Assembly: GCA_965228735.1 (NCBI GenBank)
Contig: OZ245838.1
Location: 3,648,001 to 3,712,000, forward strand
Origin: Planctomycetota bacterium
GTDB taxonomy: Bacteria; Planctomycetota; UBA1135; UBA2386
Direction of reading: 5' to 3'
DNA: 64,000 nucleotides
Each line of letters opens with the position of its first letter. Position 1 is the stretch's first letter. Shown piece by piece: positions 56,801 to 64,000 of the stretch. The notes under the pieces are model-generated. The model was not told where the DNA came from. It saw only the letters and a program-made list of their open reading frames with translations, and did no database searches. Made by a program: the position numbers and the translations under genes.

Positions 56801-57048
56801 TCGTGCGACTCAACCGCGGGCCGAGCCTCGCGCCGTTCGGCATGCCGGGTTGCTACCAGCACGTCGGCCCGACGGTCTCGGCCGCGATGGTGCCGGTCAA
56901 CGGCACCAGCCACTACAGCATGGCCGTGCCGTTCGACCCGAGCTTCGTCGGCCTGCCGATCAACGGCCAGACGATCGCGTTCGCGCCGGGCGCGAATGCC
57001 GCGGGCCTGATCACGAGCAACGGCGTCACGGCGTTCGTCGGACTGTGA
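53854..57048 (+). CDS. Secreted M36/M4-like zinc metallopeptidase with propeptide, PPC-like and C-terminal beta domains
   Basis: Signal peptide, FTP/PepSY-like propeptide (Q.FRGLPV.GG; YYVDARTG.IL), CNAYY, VAHEWGHG, GLGEGWAD, PPNDLC...DVWF...FDT...CNDD..C. Confidence 0.85.
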   Translation: MIRNLAALAALSVLVSAPLPAQAAPAPSHRAPTASEQAYQRFLGAAGGQWQARWCRATGTPSAIFGTGLQLERGRGTTLASAREAALELLDERAELLGTGESEFRESVGQPMGWTFCFVFDQFFRGLPVIGGRADVRVNRRGRIAMFGSRAWPIPADFDTTPVLDETMATALAWQALDRVPPQNEQPGNERAPRLVIWGDVHAEALAPLHLAWEVPVAAIDANGQGPAGRYYVDARTGAILAFENDKHECGVPGCTLTTPHENHSARSPTAPAVDTTCVVQAWTRLGTSALEPLTLTRLPDVQVTVPGKGVYTTDENGEFIVPLTSSVSVTVELEGRHTELVDGGNRPTKTHVVFPGQTRYFTFLYPSSPSTHAAHPTTYYWTTLSNRFAREYLGGTPQLAALDNIEPTVNLNNTCNAYYYNNTINFYVAGNGCNNTAFSSVVAHEWGHGLDAQYGGVSQLQGLGEGWADVIAMYLLGSPLVGEDFQTGQVLRDGTNTVQYPTSGGVHHQGKTWMGFAWKFRERMIATLGNSRPTIVATNGIVIDSIVANATNQPDALLEVFLADDDDGNLLNGTPHDSQLTWAANQHSLPLPTVGAPPNDLCIGALPLQNGVNGPFRNTGANSSAAWPCPNIGQDVWFSYEAGVAGTLTVQTCGLANFDTAIEILSGSNCTGFTSLGCNDDSACGNESLLTVPVTAGTYYVRVGGNGAAAGEFSLAVNGPPSAQATSTPYGTGCYATSRSFYQYFGDVSEFDLDGRSLRLRFQGDHYTAEPGGPFVAPPAGAFALPLSNTTPEATVNLPGGLLYPGGVTPRVRVHRDGFVSAQPGNAAATPSPQAWLNSQTARWGSWSHFWTPASAVGDVFVHSQNGVQYITWHRMYAFLSLLDESTFQIQIDTNTEDVTIVWQAMNPSYGETLVGFAAAGPSKDTGDVDISSRLGSSFRTWPTDSEPLTLTSTVPQIGSSLTFTTTEYRANSALGFQLLSFVRLNRGPSLAPFGMPGCYQHVGPTVSAAMVPVNGTSHYSMAVPFDPSFVGLPINGQTIAFAPGANAAGLITSNGVTAFVGL

Positions 57049-57062
57049 TCGACGCGGCGTCT

Positions 57063-57683
57063 TCAACACTGACTGCCGTCCGCCACGTCGAGGCGGGCGG
57101 CGAGATCGGCCAGCGCCCGATGCAGCAGGTTGCGCACGGCGGCCTCGGTGCGGTCCATCGCCTGCGCGACATCGGCGCGCGACAGGCCGACGACGCGCGA
57201 GAGCAGGATCACCTCGGCGTAGTCGGGGGTGAGTTCTTCGAACGCGCTGGCCAGCTGTTCGAAGCGTTCGCGGCCGATGGCGACCCCCGACGGCGTGGCA
57301 GCCGCGGCGAACGGGTCGACGAACTCCGCGGGACCCGCCTCGCCGTCGCCGGCACCGTTCGTCGTCGGCGAGCGCTCGCGGCGCACGTCACGCCGCTCCG
57401 CGGTGTGGCGCCGGTGCTTGTCGAGGATCTTGCGCAGCGCCGTCGCGAACAACCAATGCCGGAAGCCACCCTCGCCGCCGAACCGGAACTCGGCCTGATG
57501 CTGCAACACCTCGCGACAGACCGACTGCACGACGTCCGACTCGGCCTCGCGGGCGCGCACGATCGGCCCGGCCTTGAGGCGCACGTACGCCCGCAGGCTC
57601 GGCAGGTGCCGGACGAGCAGCTCGTCGATCGCGCCGGCGTCACCGCGCGAGGCCTCGAGGCCGAGATCGTGGCTGGAACGCAT
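57063..57683 (-). CDS. ECF sigma-70 factor (kinase-associated type)
   Basis: GDAGAIDELL.RH...LRAYVRL, SDVVQSV, FRHWL, TPS..A..RE, L...Y.EVI.L....GLS..DVA..M.RT..AVR.LL.RAL. Confidence 0.9.
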   Translation of the reverse strand: MRSSHDLGLEASRGDAGAIDELLVRHLPSLRAYVRLKAGPIVRAREAESDVVQSVCREVLQHQAEFRFGGEGGFRHWLFATALRKILDKHRRHTAERRDVRRERSPTTNGAGDGEAGPAEFVDPFAAAATPSGVAIGRERFEQLASAFEELTPDYAEVILLSRVVGLSRADVAQAMDRTEAAVRNLLHRALADLAARLDVADGSQC

Positions 57684-57741
57684 CGTCGCTATTCGACCCT
57701 ACCACACGGACCCGGACCGGCGACAATGCCAGAACCCGACC

Positions 57742-60552
57742 ATGAGTGAACGCTCGGATCCCGCGGACGCGAACTTCAACGACCTCGTGGTCGAATGCCT
57801 CGCCGCGATCGAGGATTCGGGCCCCGGCGCGATCGAGGAGCTCTGCACCCGCCACCCCGAGCACGCGGCCGCCCTGCGACGCCGGCTCGACGCGCTCGCC
57901 GACACCGGCCTGCTCGAGGAGCCGGACGCCGCGCGGCCGCGGCCGGAGCGCTTCGGCGAGTACGAGGTGCTCGACGAGCTCGGCCACGGGGGCATGGGCG
58001 TCGTCTACCGCGCCCGCCAGATCGGGCTCGACCGCGAGGTCGCGATCAAGACCATCCGCCCCGAGCTGCTCGCTTCGGAGGGCGCGCGCCGGCGGTTCCG
58101 CCGCGAGATCGCGACCGTCGCCAAGCTGTCGCACCCTGGCATCGTTCCGGTCTACGCGTCGGGCGAGCAGGACGGGCTGCCGTGGTTCGCGATGGAGCAG
58201 ATCACGGGAACGTCGATGGACTACGTGCTCGAGCACGCGGGCGCCCCACCCAGTTCGCCGCCGAAGAACAGCGCGCCGCCGGGGGCCGAGGTTCGCAAAT
58301 GGGTCGAAGCCTGCAGCTCCGGCCGCGAGGTCGAGAACCCCGAGGCGCCGCTGTTCACGGGCAACGGCCTCGAGGTCACGGTCACGATCGGCTGTGAGAT
58401 CGCCGCAGCGCTCGATCACGCCCACCGCGCCGGCGTACTCCATCGTGACATCAAGCCGTCCAACGTCCTGCTCGGCACCGACGGGCACGCGCGCCTCGTC
58501 GACTTCGGCCTCGCGCGCGACCAGAGCGGCGCGGAGAGCGTCGAGCTGACCCGCTCCGGCGCGCTCGTCGGGTCGCTCCCGTACATGGCGCCCGAGCAGG
58601 TCCGCGGTGAGCCCGCCGACCGCCGCACCGACGTCTACGGCCTCGCCGCGACCCTGCTCACGTGGTTCACCGACCAAGCGCCGTTCCCCGAACGCACCGA
58701 GGCCGAGCTGCGCGCGGCGATCCTCTCGGGCCGGCCGCTCGGGCTCGCGCGCCGCGCACCGCGCATGCCCGCGGACCTCGTCGTCGTGCTCGAGAAGGGG
58801 CTCGACCCGGACCCCGAGCGGCGCTACCCGACCGCAGGCGACCTCGCGCGCGACCTCGTCGCCGTCGTCGAGCGCCGACCGATCAGCGCGCGCCCGGCGA
58901 GCATGGCGCGCCGGGTGCAGCGCTTCGCGCGCCATCGCCCCGCCACGACTCTCGGGCTCGCGGTCGCCATGATCCTGCTGATCGCGATCCCCATCGCGCT
59001 GCTGATCGTCAACAGCCAGATCCGCGGCGCGCTCGATCGGGCCGAGGCACGATTCGACGATGCCCGCCACGCAATCGTGGACCTCGCGGCGCGCGTCGGC
59101 GACGAGGCCCTCCGTGACGTGCCGGGCGCGGGGCCCATTCGTCTCGACGTTCTCGAACGTTCGCTCGCGCTCTTTCAGAACCTGCTGGCCGAGCGACCGG
59201 ACGACCCGGAGCTTCGCCTGCAGCAGGCGAGGTTGCAGCGCCAGACCGCGAAAGTGCTCAGTGAGCTCGGGCGCGGCGACGACGCCACCGCGATGACCGA
59301 CACCGCAGAATCGACGATGCGGGCGCTGCTCGACGAGCCCCGCCACGGCGCCGACTCGCTCGCGACCGATGCGGCGCTCGACCTCGCGGACCTGCTGATC
59401 TCGCGCACGACCGCGCGCGACGCGCCCGTGCTCGAGTTGCTCACCGAAGCCGAAACACTGCTCGACCAGGCCGCGAGCACGGCTGCCCCGACCCAGACGG
59501 GCCCGATTCTCGAGATGCGACGCCAGCTGCTCCACAACCGCGCCAACACGCTGCACAACAACCAGGAGGCCGCTGCCGCGCTGGCCGCGTCGAACGCCGA
59601 GGTCGAGACGGCGGATGAGTGGGTGAAGCTGGCTCCGACGCTGCCAGCGGCGCAGTTCGCGAAGGGCTCGGCGCTCTCGCTGCGGTCGATGCTGCACCAC
59701 GACGAGAAGCGAGACGAGCCGGCCGAGCGTGATGCGGCGGCCGCGACGCGGCTGCTCGAGGAGGTCGTCGCCGCCGCGCCGCGCCCGATCCACCGCGCGC
59801 GGCTCGGCCTGCACCTGATGAACCAGGCGCACCGGCACTATCAGAGCGCGCGGTACGAGCGCGCCGAGGAGTGCGCCGAGCGGGCCGTCGAGCAGTTCGA
59901 GGCGGTCACGCGCGAACAGCCGTATCGCCGTGACTGGCAGCGGCAGCTCGCGAAGGCCAACGAGGCCGTCGGCCTCGCGTTGGCCGGCAAAGAGCGCACC
60001 GACGAAGCGGTGACCTGGTTCGCGCGCAGCGCCGCCGCACTCGAGAACCTGCTCGAGTTCGACCCTTTGGACCGCCAGGTCGCGCTGCGGCTCGGCCTCT
60101 CGCACTACAACTGCGGGGTCGCGTTCCTCGAACTGGACCGACGCGTCGAGGCGCGGCCCCACGCCGCGCGTGCCCGCGAGCTGTTCGCCGCGGGCGCGGC
60201 GGCGGGTTCGCGCGGCGCCGCCCGCTTCGAGGTCTATGCCGCGCTGATCGATGACCGCGCCCGCGCGACCGCGGCCGCCACGCCGTCGCCAGCCGCGCTG
60301 GCCTCGCCGGTGGTCGAAAGGCAGTCGCAGGACGCCGAAGCGTGGTTCTTCCTCGCGATCTCCCATGCGGACCTCGCGGGGCTCGCAGCGAGTTCGGAGC
60401 ACGGCGACGCCGCGATCGCGAGCTTGCAGCGCGCGGTCGAACTCGGCTTCCGGCGCGGCGATCGCGTCGATTCGACCGCGCAGTTCGACAGCGTGCGCGA
60501 CCGCGACGAGTTCCGGACGTTGCGCGCGCGAATGGACGAGGCGGGCAAGTAG
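57742..60552 (+). CDS. Hanks-type Ser/Thr kinase with TPR C-terminus
   Basis: N-terminal EELC.RHPEHAA.L, GHGGMGVVY, VAIK, HRDIKPSN, DFGLAR, GSLPYMAPEQ, TPR helices, C-terminal L.RAVELGF...D..FD.VRDR.EF. Confidence 0.92.
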   Translation: MSERSDPADANFNDLVVECLAAIEDSGPGAIEELCTRHPEHAAALRRRLDALADTGLLEEPDAARPRPERFGEYEVLDELGHGGMGVVYRARQIGLDREVAIKTIRPELLASEGARRRFRREIATVAKLSHPGIVPVYASGEQDGLPWFAMEQITGTSMDYVLEHAGAPPSSPPKNSAPPGAEVRKWVEACSSGREVENPEAPLFTGNGLEVTVTIGCEIAAALDHAHRAGVLHRDIKPSNVLLGTDGHARLVDFGLARDQSGAESVELTRSGALVGSLPYMAPEQVRGEPADRRTDVYGLAATLLTWFTDQAPFPERTEAELRAAILSGRPLGLARRAPRMPADLVVVLEKGLDPDPERRYPTAGDLARDLVAVVERRPISARPASMARRVQRFARHRPATTLGLAVAMILLIAIPIALLIVNSQIRGALDRAEARFDDARHAIVDLAARVGDEALRDVPGAGPIRLDVLERSLALFQNLLAERPDDPELRLQQARLQRQTAKVLSELGRGDDATAMTDTAESTMRALLDEPRHGADSLATDAALDLADLLISRTTARDAPVLELLTEAETLLDQAASTAAPTQTGPILEMRRQLLHNRANTLHNNQEAAAALAASNAEVETADEWVKLAPTLPAAQFAKGSALSLRSMLHHDEKRDEPAERDAAAATRLLEEVVAAAPRPIHRARLGLHLMNQAHRHYQSARYERAEECAERAVEQFEAVTREQPYRRDWQRQLAKANEAVGLALAGKERTDEAVTWFARSAAALENLLEFDPLDRQVALRLGLSHYNCGVAFLELDRRVEARPHAARARELFAAGAAAGSRGAARFEVYAALIDDRARATAAATPSPAALASPVVERQSQDAEAWFFLAISHADLAGLAASSEHGDAAIASLQRAVELGFRRGDRVDSTAQFDSVRDRDEFRTLRARMDEAGK

Positions 60553-60574
60553 GTCGGGCGTAGCATCGCGGCCC

Positions 60575-61489
60575 ATGGACCGCCGCCGCTTCCTCGTCTC
60601 CGGCGCTGCTGCTGCCGCCGCCGTCTCGACGGCCAGCACCGCCACTGTCGCGAACACCGCGCCCCCTCGCGGCGAACCGTTCCGCACGCTGTTCGCGCCG
60701 CACTTCGGGATGTTTCGCAATCACGCGAAGGACCCGATCGACCAGCTGCAGTTCGCCCACGACGAAGGGTTCCGCGCCTGGGAGGACAACGGCATGCCGC
60801 GCCGCGAGCGCGCGATGCAGGACAAGATCGCGGCGAAGATGTCCGCGCTCGGAATCACGATGGGCGTGTTCGTCGCCCACGGCGACTTCCAGAAGCCGAC
60901 GTTCGCGTCCGGCAGGAAGCAGCACCGCGACCGTGTCCTGCAGGACATCGAGCAGGCCTGCGAGCTCGCCCAGCGCGTCAACGCGAAGTGGTGCACCGTC
61001 GTGCCCGGCGCGATCGACCCGCGCCTGGACGCGGGCTACCAGCGCGCCAATACGACCGACCTGCTGAAGCGCTGCTGCGAGGTCATCGAGAAGAACGGCG
61101 TCGATCTCACGATGGTGCTCGAGCCGCTCAACTTCCGCGACCACCCCGGCCTGTTCCTGACCAAGATCGCCGATGGCTTCGATCTCTGCCGCAACGTCGG
61201 CAGCCCGCACTGCAAGATCCTCAACGACCTCTACCACCAGCAGATCACCGAGGGCAACCTGATCCCCAACATCGACCGCGCGTGGGCCGAGATCCCGTAC
61301 TACCAGGTCGGGGACAACCCGGGCCGCAAGGAGCCGGGCACGGGGGAGATCAACTACGAGAACGTCTTCGCCCACCTCTGGCGCAAGGGCTTCCGCGGCG
61401 TCGTCGGCATGGAGCACGGCAACGAGCACCCCGGCAAGGACGGCGAGCGCCGGCTCATCGACGCGTATCGCGCCGTCGACGTTTCGTAG
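60575..61489 (+). CDS. Tat-exported hydroxypyruvate isomerase family (AP endonuclease 2 TIM barrel) protein
   Basis: MDRRRFL twin-Arg signal, APHFGMF, LEPLN, DLYHQQITEGN, DNPGRKEPGTGEINY, GMEH. Confidence 0.88.
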   Translation: MDRRRFLVSGAAAAAAVSTASTATVANTAPPRGEPFRTLFAPHFGMFRNHAKDPIDQLQFAHDEGFRAWEDNGMPRRERAMQDKIAAKMSALGITMGVFVAHGDFQKPTFASGRKQHRDRVLQDIEQACELAQRVNAKWCTVVPGAIDPRLDAGYQRANTTDLLKRCCEVIEKNGVDLTMVLEPLNFRDHPGLFLTKIADGFDLCRNVGSPHCKILNDLYHQQITEGNLIPNIDRAWAEIPYYQVGDNPGRKEPGTGEINYENVFAHLWRKGFRGVVGMEHGNEHPGKDGERRLIDAYRAVDVS

Positions 61490-62207
61490 CAGGCCGTCGA
61501 TGGGCGGCAGCGGCAAGCGCCGCGGGCAACGCGGCCACGATCGCGGCGCGCACGCTCCGCCACGCACTCGCGGGCCCGAGCGGGAAGCGCTGCGACACTT
61601 CGAGTTCGATGCCGATGTAGCGCTCCGCATCGAACGTGCGCCGCAGGGTGCGCGTCAGGCCGTCCGCGGTGCCGCGATAGGGCTGATTGCGGCGCAGGTG
61701 CAGATCAGGCGCGAGCCCCGCGAGTTCGGCGAGCCAGGCCTTCGCGACCGCGACCTCACCCGATCGAGCCGGGTCGTAGAGCAGTCCGACATCGACGGTG
61801 CGGGGAACGCCATCCCAGATCGGCGTGAACGAATGCACCGAGACGTGCACGACGGCCGCGTGCCGGCGCAGCAGCCGCGTAACCCGGTCTTCGACGGCCG
61901 CGCGCGGCGGCTGCCAGTAGCGCTCGATCGCGAGCTCGCGGTCGGCGGGATCGAGGCCGCGCGACCACTCCGAGAACAGCTGGCGATGACCGCGCGAACG
62001 GTTGGCGTCGACCAGGAGCCGCGAGGCTCGGGCCTCGACCAACGGCGCCCCGTGCACCCGCGCGAGCTCGCGGGCCAGCTGCCGCGCGCCGATATCGCTG
62101 CCGCGGTGCGACGCCAGCGCCCGGTCGGCGCCCCGGAACACCGGCCGGAACCGGGCGGGGATCGCCGCAGTGGCGTGCTCGCACGACACCACGAGTCCGA
62201 CGGTCAC
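61455..62207 (-). CDS. N-formylglutamate amidohydrolase family protein
   Basis: SCEHAT..IP, SHRG.DIGA, SRLLVDANRS, HVSVHSFTP, GLLYDP, NQPYRG, GIELEV.Q. Confidence 0.88.
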   Translation of the reverse strand: MTVGLVVSCEHATAAIPARFRPVFRGADRALASHRGSDIGARQLARELARVHGAPLVEARASRLLVDANRSRGHRQLFSEWSRGLDPADRELAIERYWQPPRAAVEDRVTRLLRRHAAVVHVSVHSFTPIWDGVPRTVDVGLLYDPARSGEVAVAKAWLAELAGLAPDLHLRRNQPYRGTADGLTRTLRRTFDAERYIGIELEVSQRFPLGPASAWRSVRAAIVAALPAALAAAAHRRPATKRRRRDTRR

Positions 62208-63454
62208 GGCCGGAACGACCGCCCGGAGGTGAGGCAGTCGGCCAGCCGCCGATAGACCCGTCGCAGCGCGTCACGATCGAAGTCCTTGCCAAGCGCGCGC
62301 AAGATGCGCTGCGCGAGCGTGCCCTCGCGGGCGATCAGCTGCAGGTGGGCCTGCTGGGTCTTGCTGCCGTCGAAGCACTGCTCGACGAGCCGGTCCCAGA
62401 GCTGCCCCGCGGTCTGCACCTCGCCCGGGTCGGCGCCGAACGCCGCGACGTACTTGCGCGACAACGCCGCCCGCGGCCCGGACTCGAGTCCGCGATCGAG
62501 CAGCGTCACGAGCTCCTCGGACGGCCACTCGCGTTGCGCGTCATGGTGAGCCCAGCGCTCCTCGACCAGCGCATGAACGACGCCGGCCACGGCGCCGCAC
62601 ACGGCGAGGTCGGCGTACGGGCACTCCTGCGCGTCGATCAGCCGGATCTCGATCGCCATGCGATCGAACCGCGCGATCGCGCCGCGCGCGTTCGTGAACT
62701 CCTGGTCCAACAGCTCCGGCGCGGCGTCGAGGGTCCGCAACTCGGCTGCGATCGGCGCGAGCACCTCACGGCGGTAGCCATCGAAGTCGTAGATCGGCTC
62801 CGGGATCACGTCGCCTGCCATCGAACGGCAGCGTGCCGAGTTGCTGCGGTAGAACGCCAGCCGATTGTCGAGGCGACCGCTCGCGGCGCCCTCGACGATC
62901 GGAGAACTCGCGGCGATCGCGGGGATCAACGGCAACACCATTCGAACGGCGGCGAGCAGGCGCGCGAATTCGTGTTCGTCCCGGAACGGCAGGTTGAGAT
63001 GCACGCTCTGGACGTTCGCCCAACCGTGACGGCGGCAGTCGAACAGCGCGTCGTAGGCTCGGTAGATCGGACCCGACTCGTGCGGCCAGATCCGGGTCTC
63101 GGTCGCGGGCTGCATCCACGGGTGCATCCCACCCGGCAGCAGGCGCGCGCCGTGCGGACGCACGGCGTCGGCAAGTCGCTGGATGCCGCGCTCGAACGGC
63201 AGGACCAGGCCGCCGAGCTTGCTGGCCGGGACCGGGTTCTTGAGTTCGACGACATGGCTCACGAGCTCGTTCGAGAACCCGATCTCGTCACCGTCGACGT
63301 CCTCGATCCAGGGATCGTCGTCGCCGGTCGCGCCCCCGAGATCGCGGAGAACGACGTCGGCGATCGATCGGACGTCCAACGTCTCGGCGTCGACGATCAT
63401 GACCTCGATCTCGATGCCCCAGACCTCGAACAACGAGTAGGTGCGAGCGCTCAC
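62204..63454 (-). CDS. Glutamate--cysteine ligase family (GCS2) COOH-NH2 ligase
   Basis: GIEIE.MIVD, SNELV.HVVELK, GGMHPWM, HGWANVQSVHLNLPF, ASSP, NARGAIARFDR.AIEIR.ID; GTGA overlaps at both ends. Confidence 0.88.
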   Translation of the reverse strand: MSARTYSLFEVWGIEIEVMIVDAETLDVRSIADVVLRDLGGATGDDDPWIEDVDGDEIGFSNELVSHVVELKNPVPASKLGGLVLPFERGIQRLADAVRPHGARLLPGGMHPWMQPATETRIWPHESGPIYRAYDALFDCRRHGWANVQSVHLNLPFRDEHEFARLLAAVRMVLPLIPAIAASSPIVEGAASGRLDNRLAFYRSNSARCRSMAGDVIPEPIYDFDGYRREVLAPIAAELRTLDAAPELLDQEFTNARGAIARFDRMAIEIRLIDAQECPYADLAVCGAVAGVVHALVEERWAHHDAQREWPSEELVTLLDRGLESGPRAALSRKYVAAFGADPGEVQTAGQLWDRLVEQCFDGSKTQQAHLQLIAREGTLAQRILRALGKDFDRDALRRVYRRLADCLTSGRSFRP

Positions 63455-64000
63455 GACAGGTCTCCCTGGCGGTAGCTCAAACGGCGAAGGAACACCTGCA
63501 TGATGCGGTTGTAGAGCTCGCCCTTGAGGATCGCGTCCTCGCAGCCGGCGTCGATATTGGGGTTGTCGTTGACCTCGGTCACGACGACCCGGCGGCCGGC
63601 CGACTTGAGATCGACACCGTACAACCCGTCGCCGATGGCCGACGCCGCCCGAACCGCGTTGCGGACGACGGCGGCTGGAACGTCCTCGAGTTCGACCGGC
63701 TCGACCTTGCCGAACCGGAACCGACCACCCTGGGTGCGTTTGACGATCTGCCAATGACCACCGGCCATGTGGTAGCGGCAGGCATACAGCGGCTCGCCGT
63801 CGATGACGCCGATGCGCCAGTCGAAGTCGGTCGGCATGAACTCCTGCAGCAGGAGCAGGTCGGAGTCGGCGAGCATGCGTCCGGCCTCGGCCTCGAGTTC
63901 GGCGCGATCGCGGCACTTGACCACGCCGCGGGAGAACGAGCTGTCGGGCGACTTGAGAACGCACGGAAAGCCGAGCTCGCGCTCGACGAAGTCGGCGTCC
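63451..64000 (-). CDS. RimK-family ATP-grasp ligase (5' part outside the window)
   Basis: FPCVLKSPDSSFSRGV.K, QEFMPT.FDWRIGV, GLYGVDLK, EVNDNPNID.G.ED; the frame is open to the window edge. Confidence 0.9.
   Translation of the reverse strand, partial: DADFVERELGFPCVLKSPDSSFSRGVVKCRDRAELEAEAGRMLADSDLLLLQEFMPTDFDWRIGVIDGEPLYACRYHMAGGHWQIVKRTQGGRFRFGKVEPVELEDVPAAVVRNAVRAASAIGDGLYGVDLKSAGRRVVVTEVNDNPNIDAGCEDAILKGELYNRIMQVFLRRLSYRQGDLS

Overview
A high-GC (roughly 70% by eye), gene-dense bacterial chromosome segment. The mix of ECF sigma factors, Ser/Thr kinase-TPR proteins and large secreted proteins suggests Planctomycetota (inference). About 52 CDS are supported. They include envelope and lipid glycosylation genes (ArnT-like, LAB_N, GT2, UbiA-family phosphoribosyltransferase, GT87, Ino1, AsnB-like, lpxA), an ABC/HlyD/TolC export trio, modABC, speA, glyA, hflKC, pepE, M28 and M36/M4-like peptidases, two ECF sigma factors, two Ser/Thr kinases and a RimK/GCS2/FGase cluster cut by the right edge. 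I saw no rRNA, tRNA, CRISPR array or transposase. The top finding is a gene missing from the ORF track (46726-47055, minus strand). It encodes a lipoprotein with a heavy-metal-associated (HMA, CopZ/MerP-like) domain whose CxxC motif reads TGA-G-H-C, followed by a hairpin matching the bacterial SECIS consensus, so it is a candidate exported UxxC selenoprotein metal chaperone. Other notable items are several apparent pseudo-enzymes (degenerate ABC ATPase domain, PTS Enzyme I lacking its catalytic Cys, an M16 pair with no HxxEH coupled to lpxA), a 754-aa protein built of about 7 tandem ExbD/STAS-like modules, a divergent ECF/kinase pair, a 34-bp inverted-repeat element and a coding VNTR in speA.
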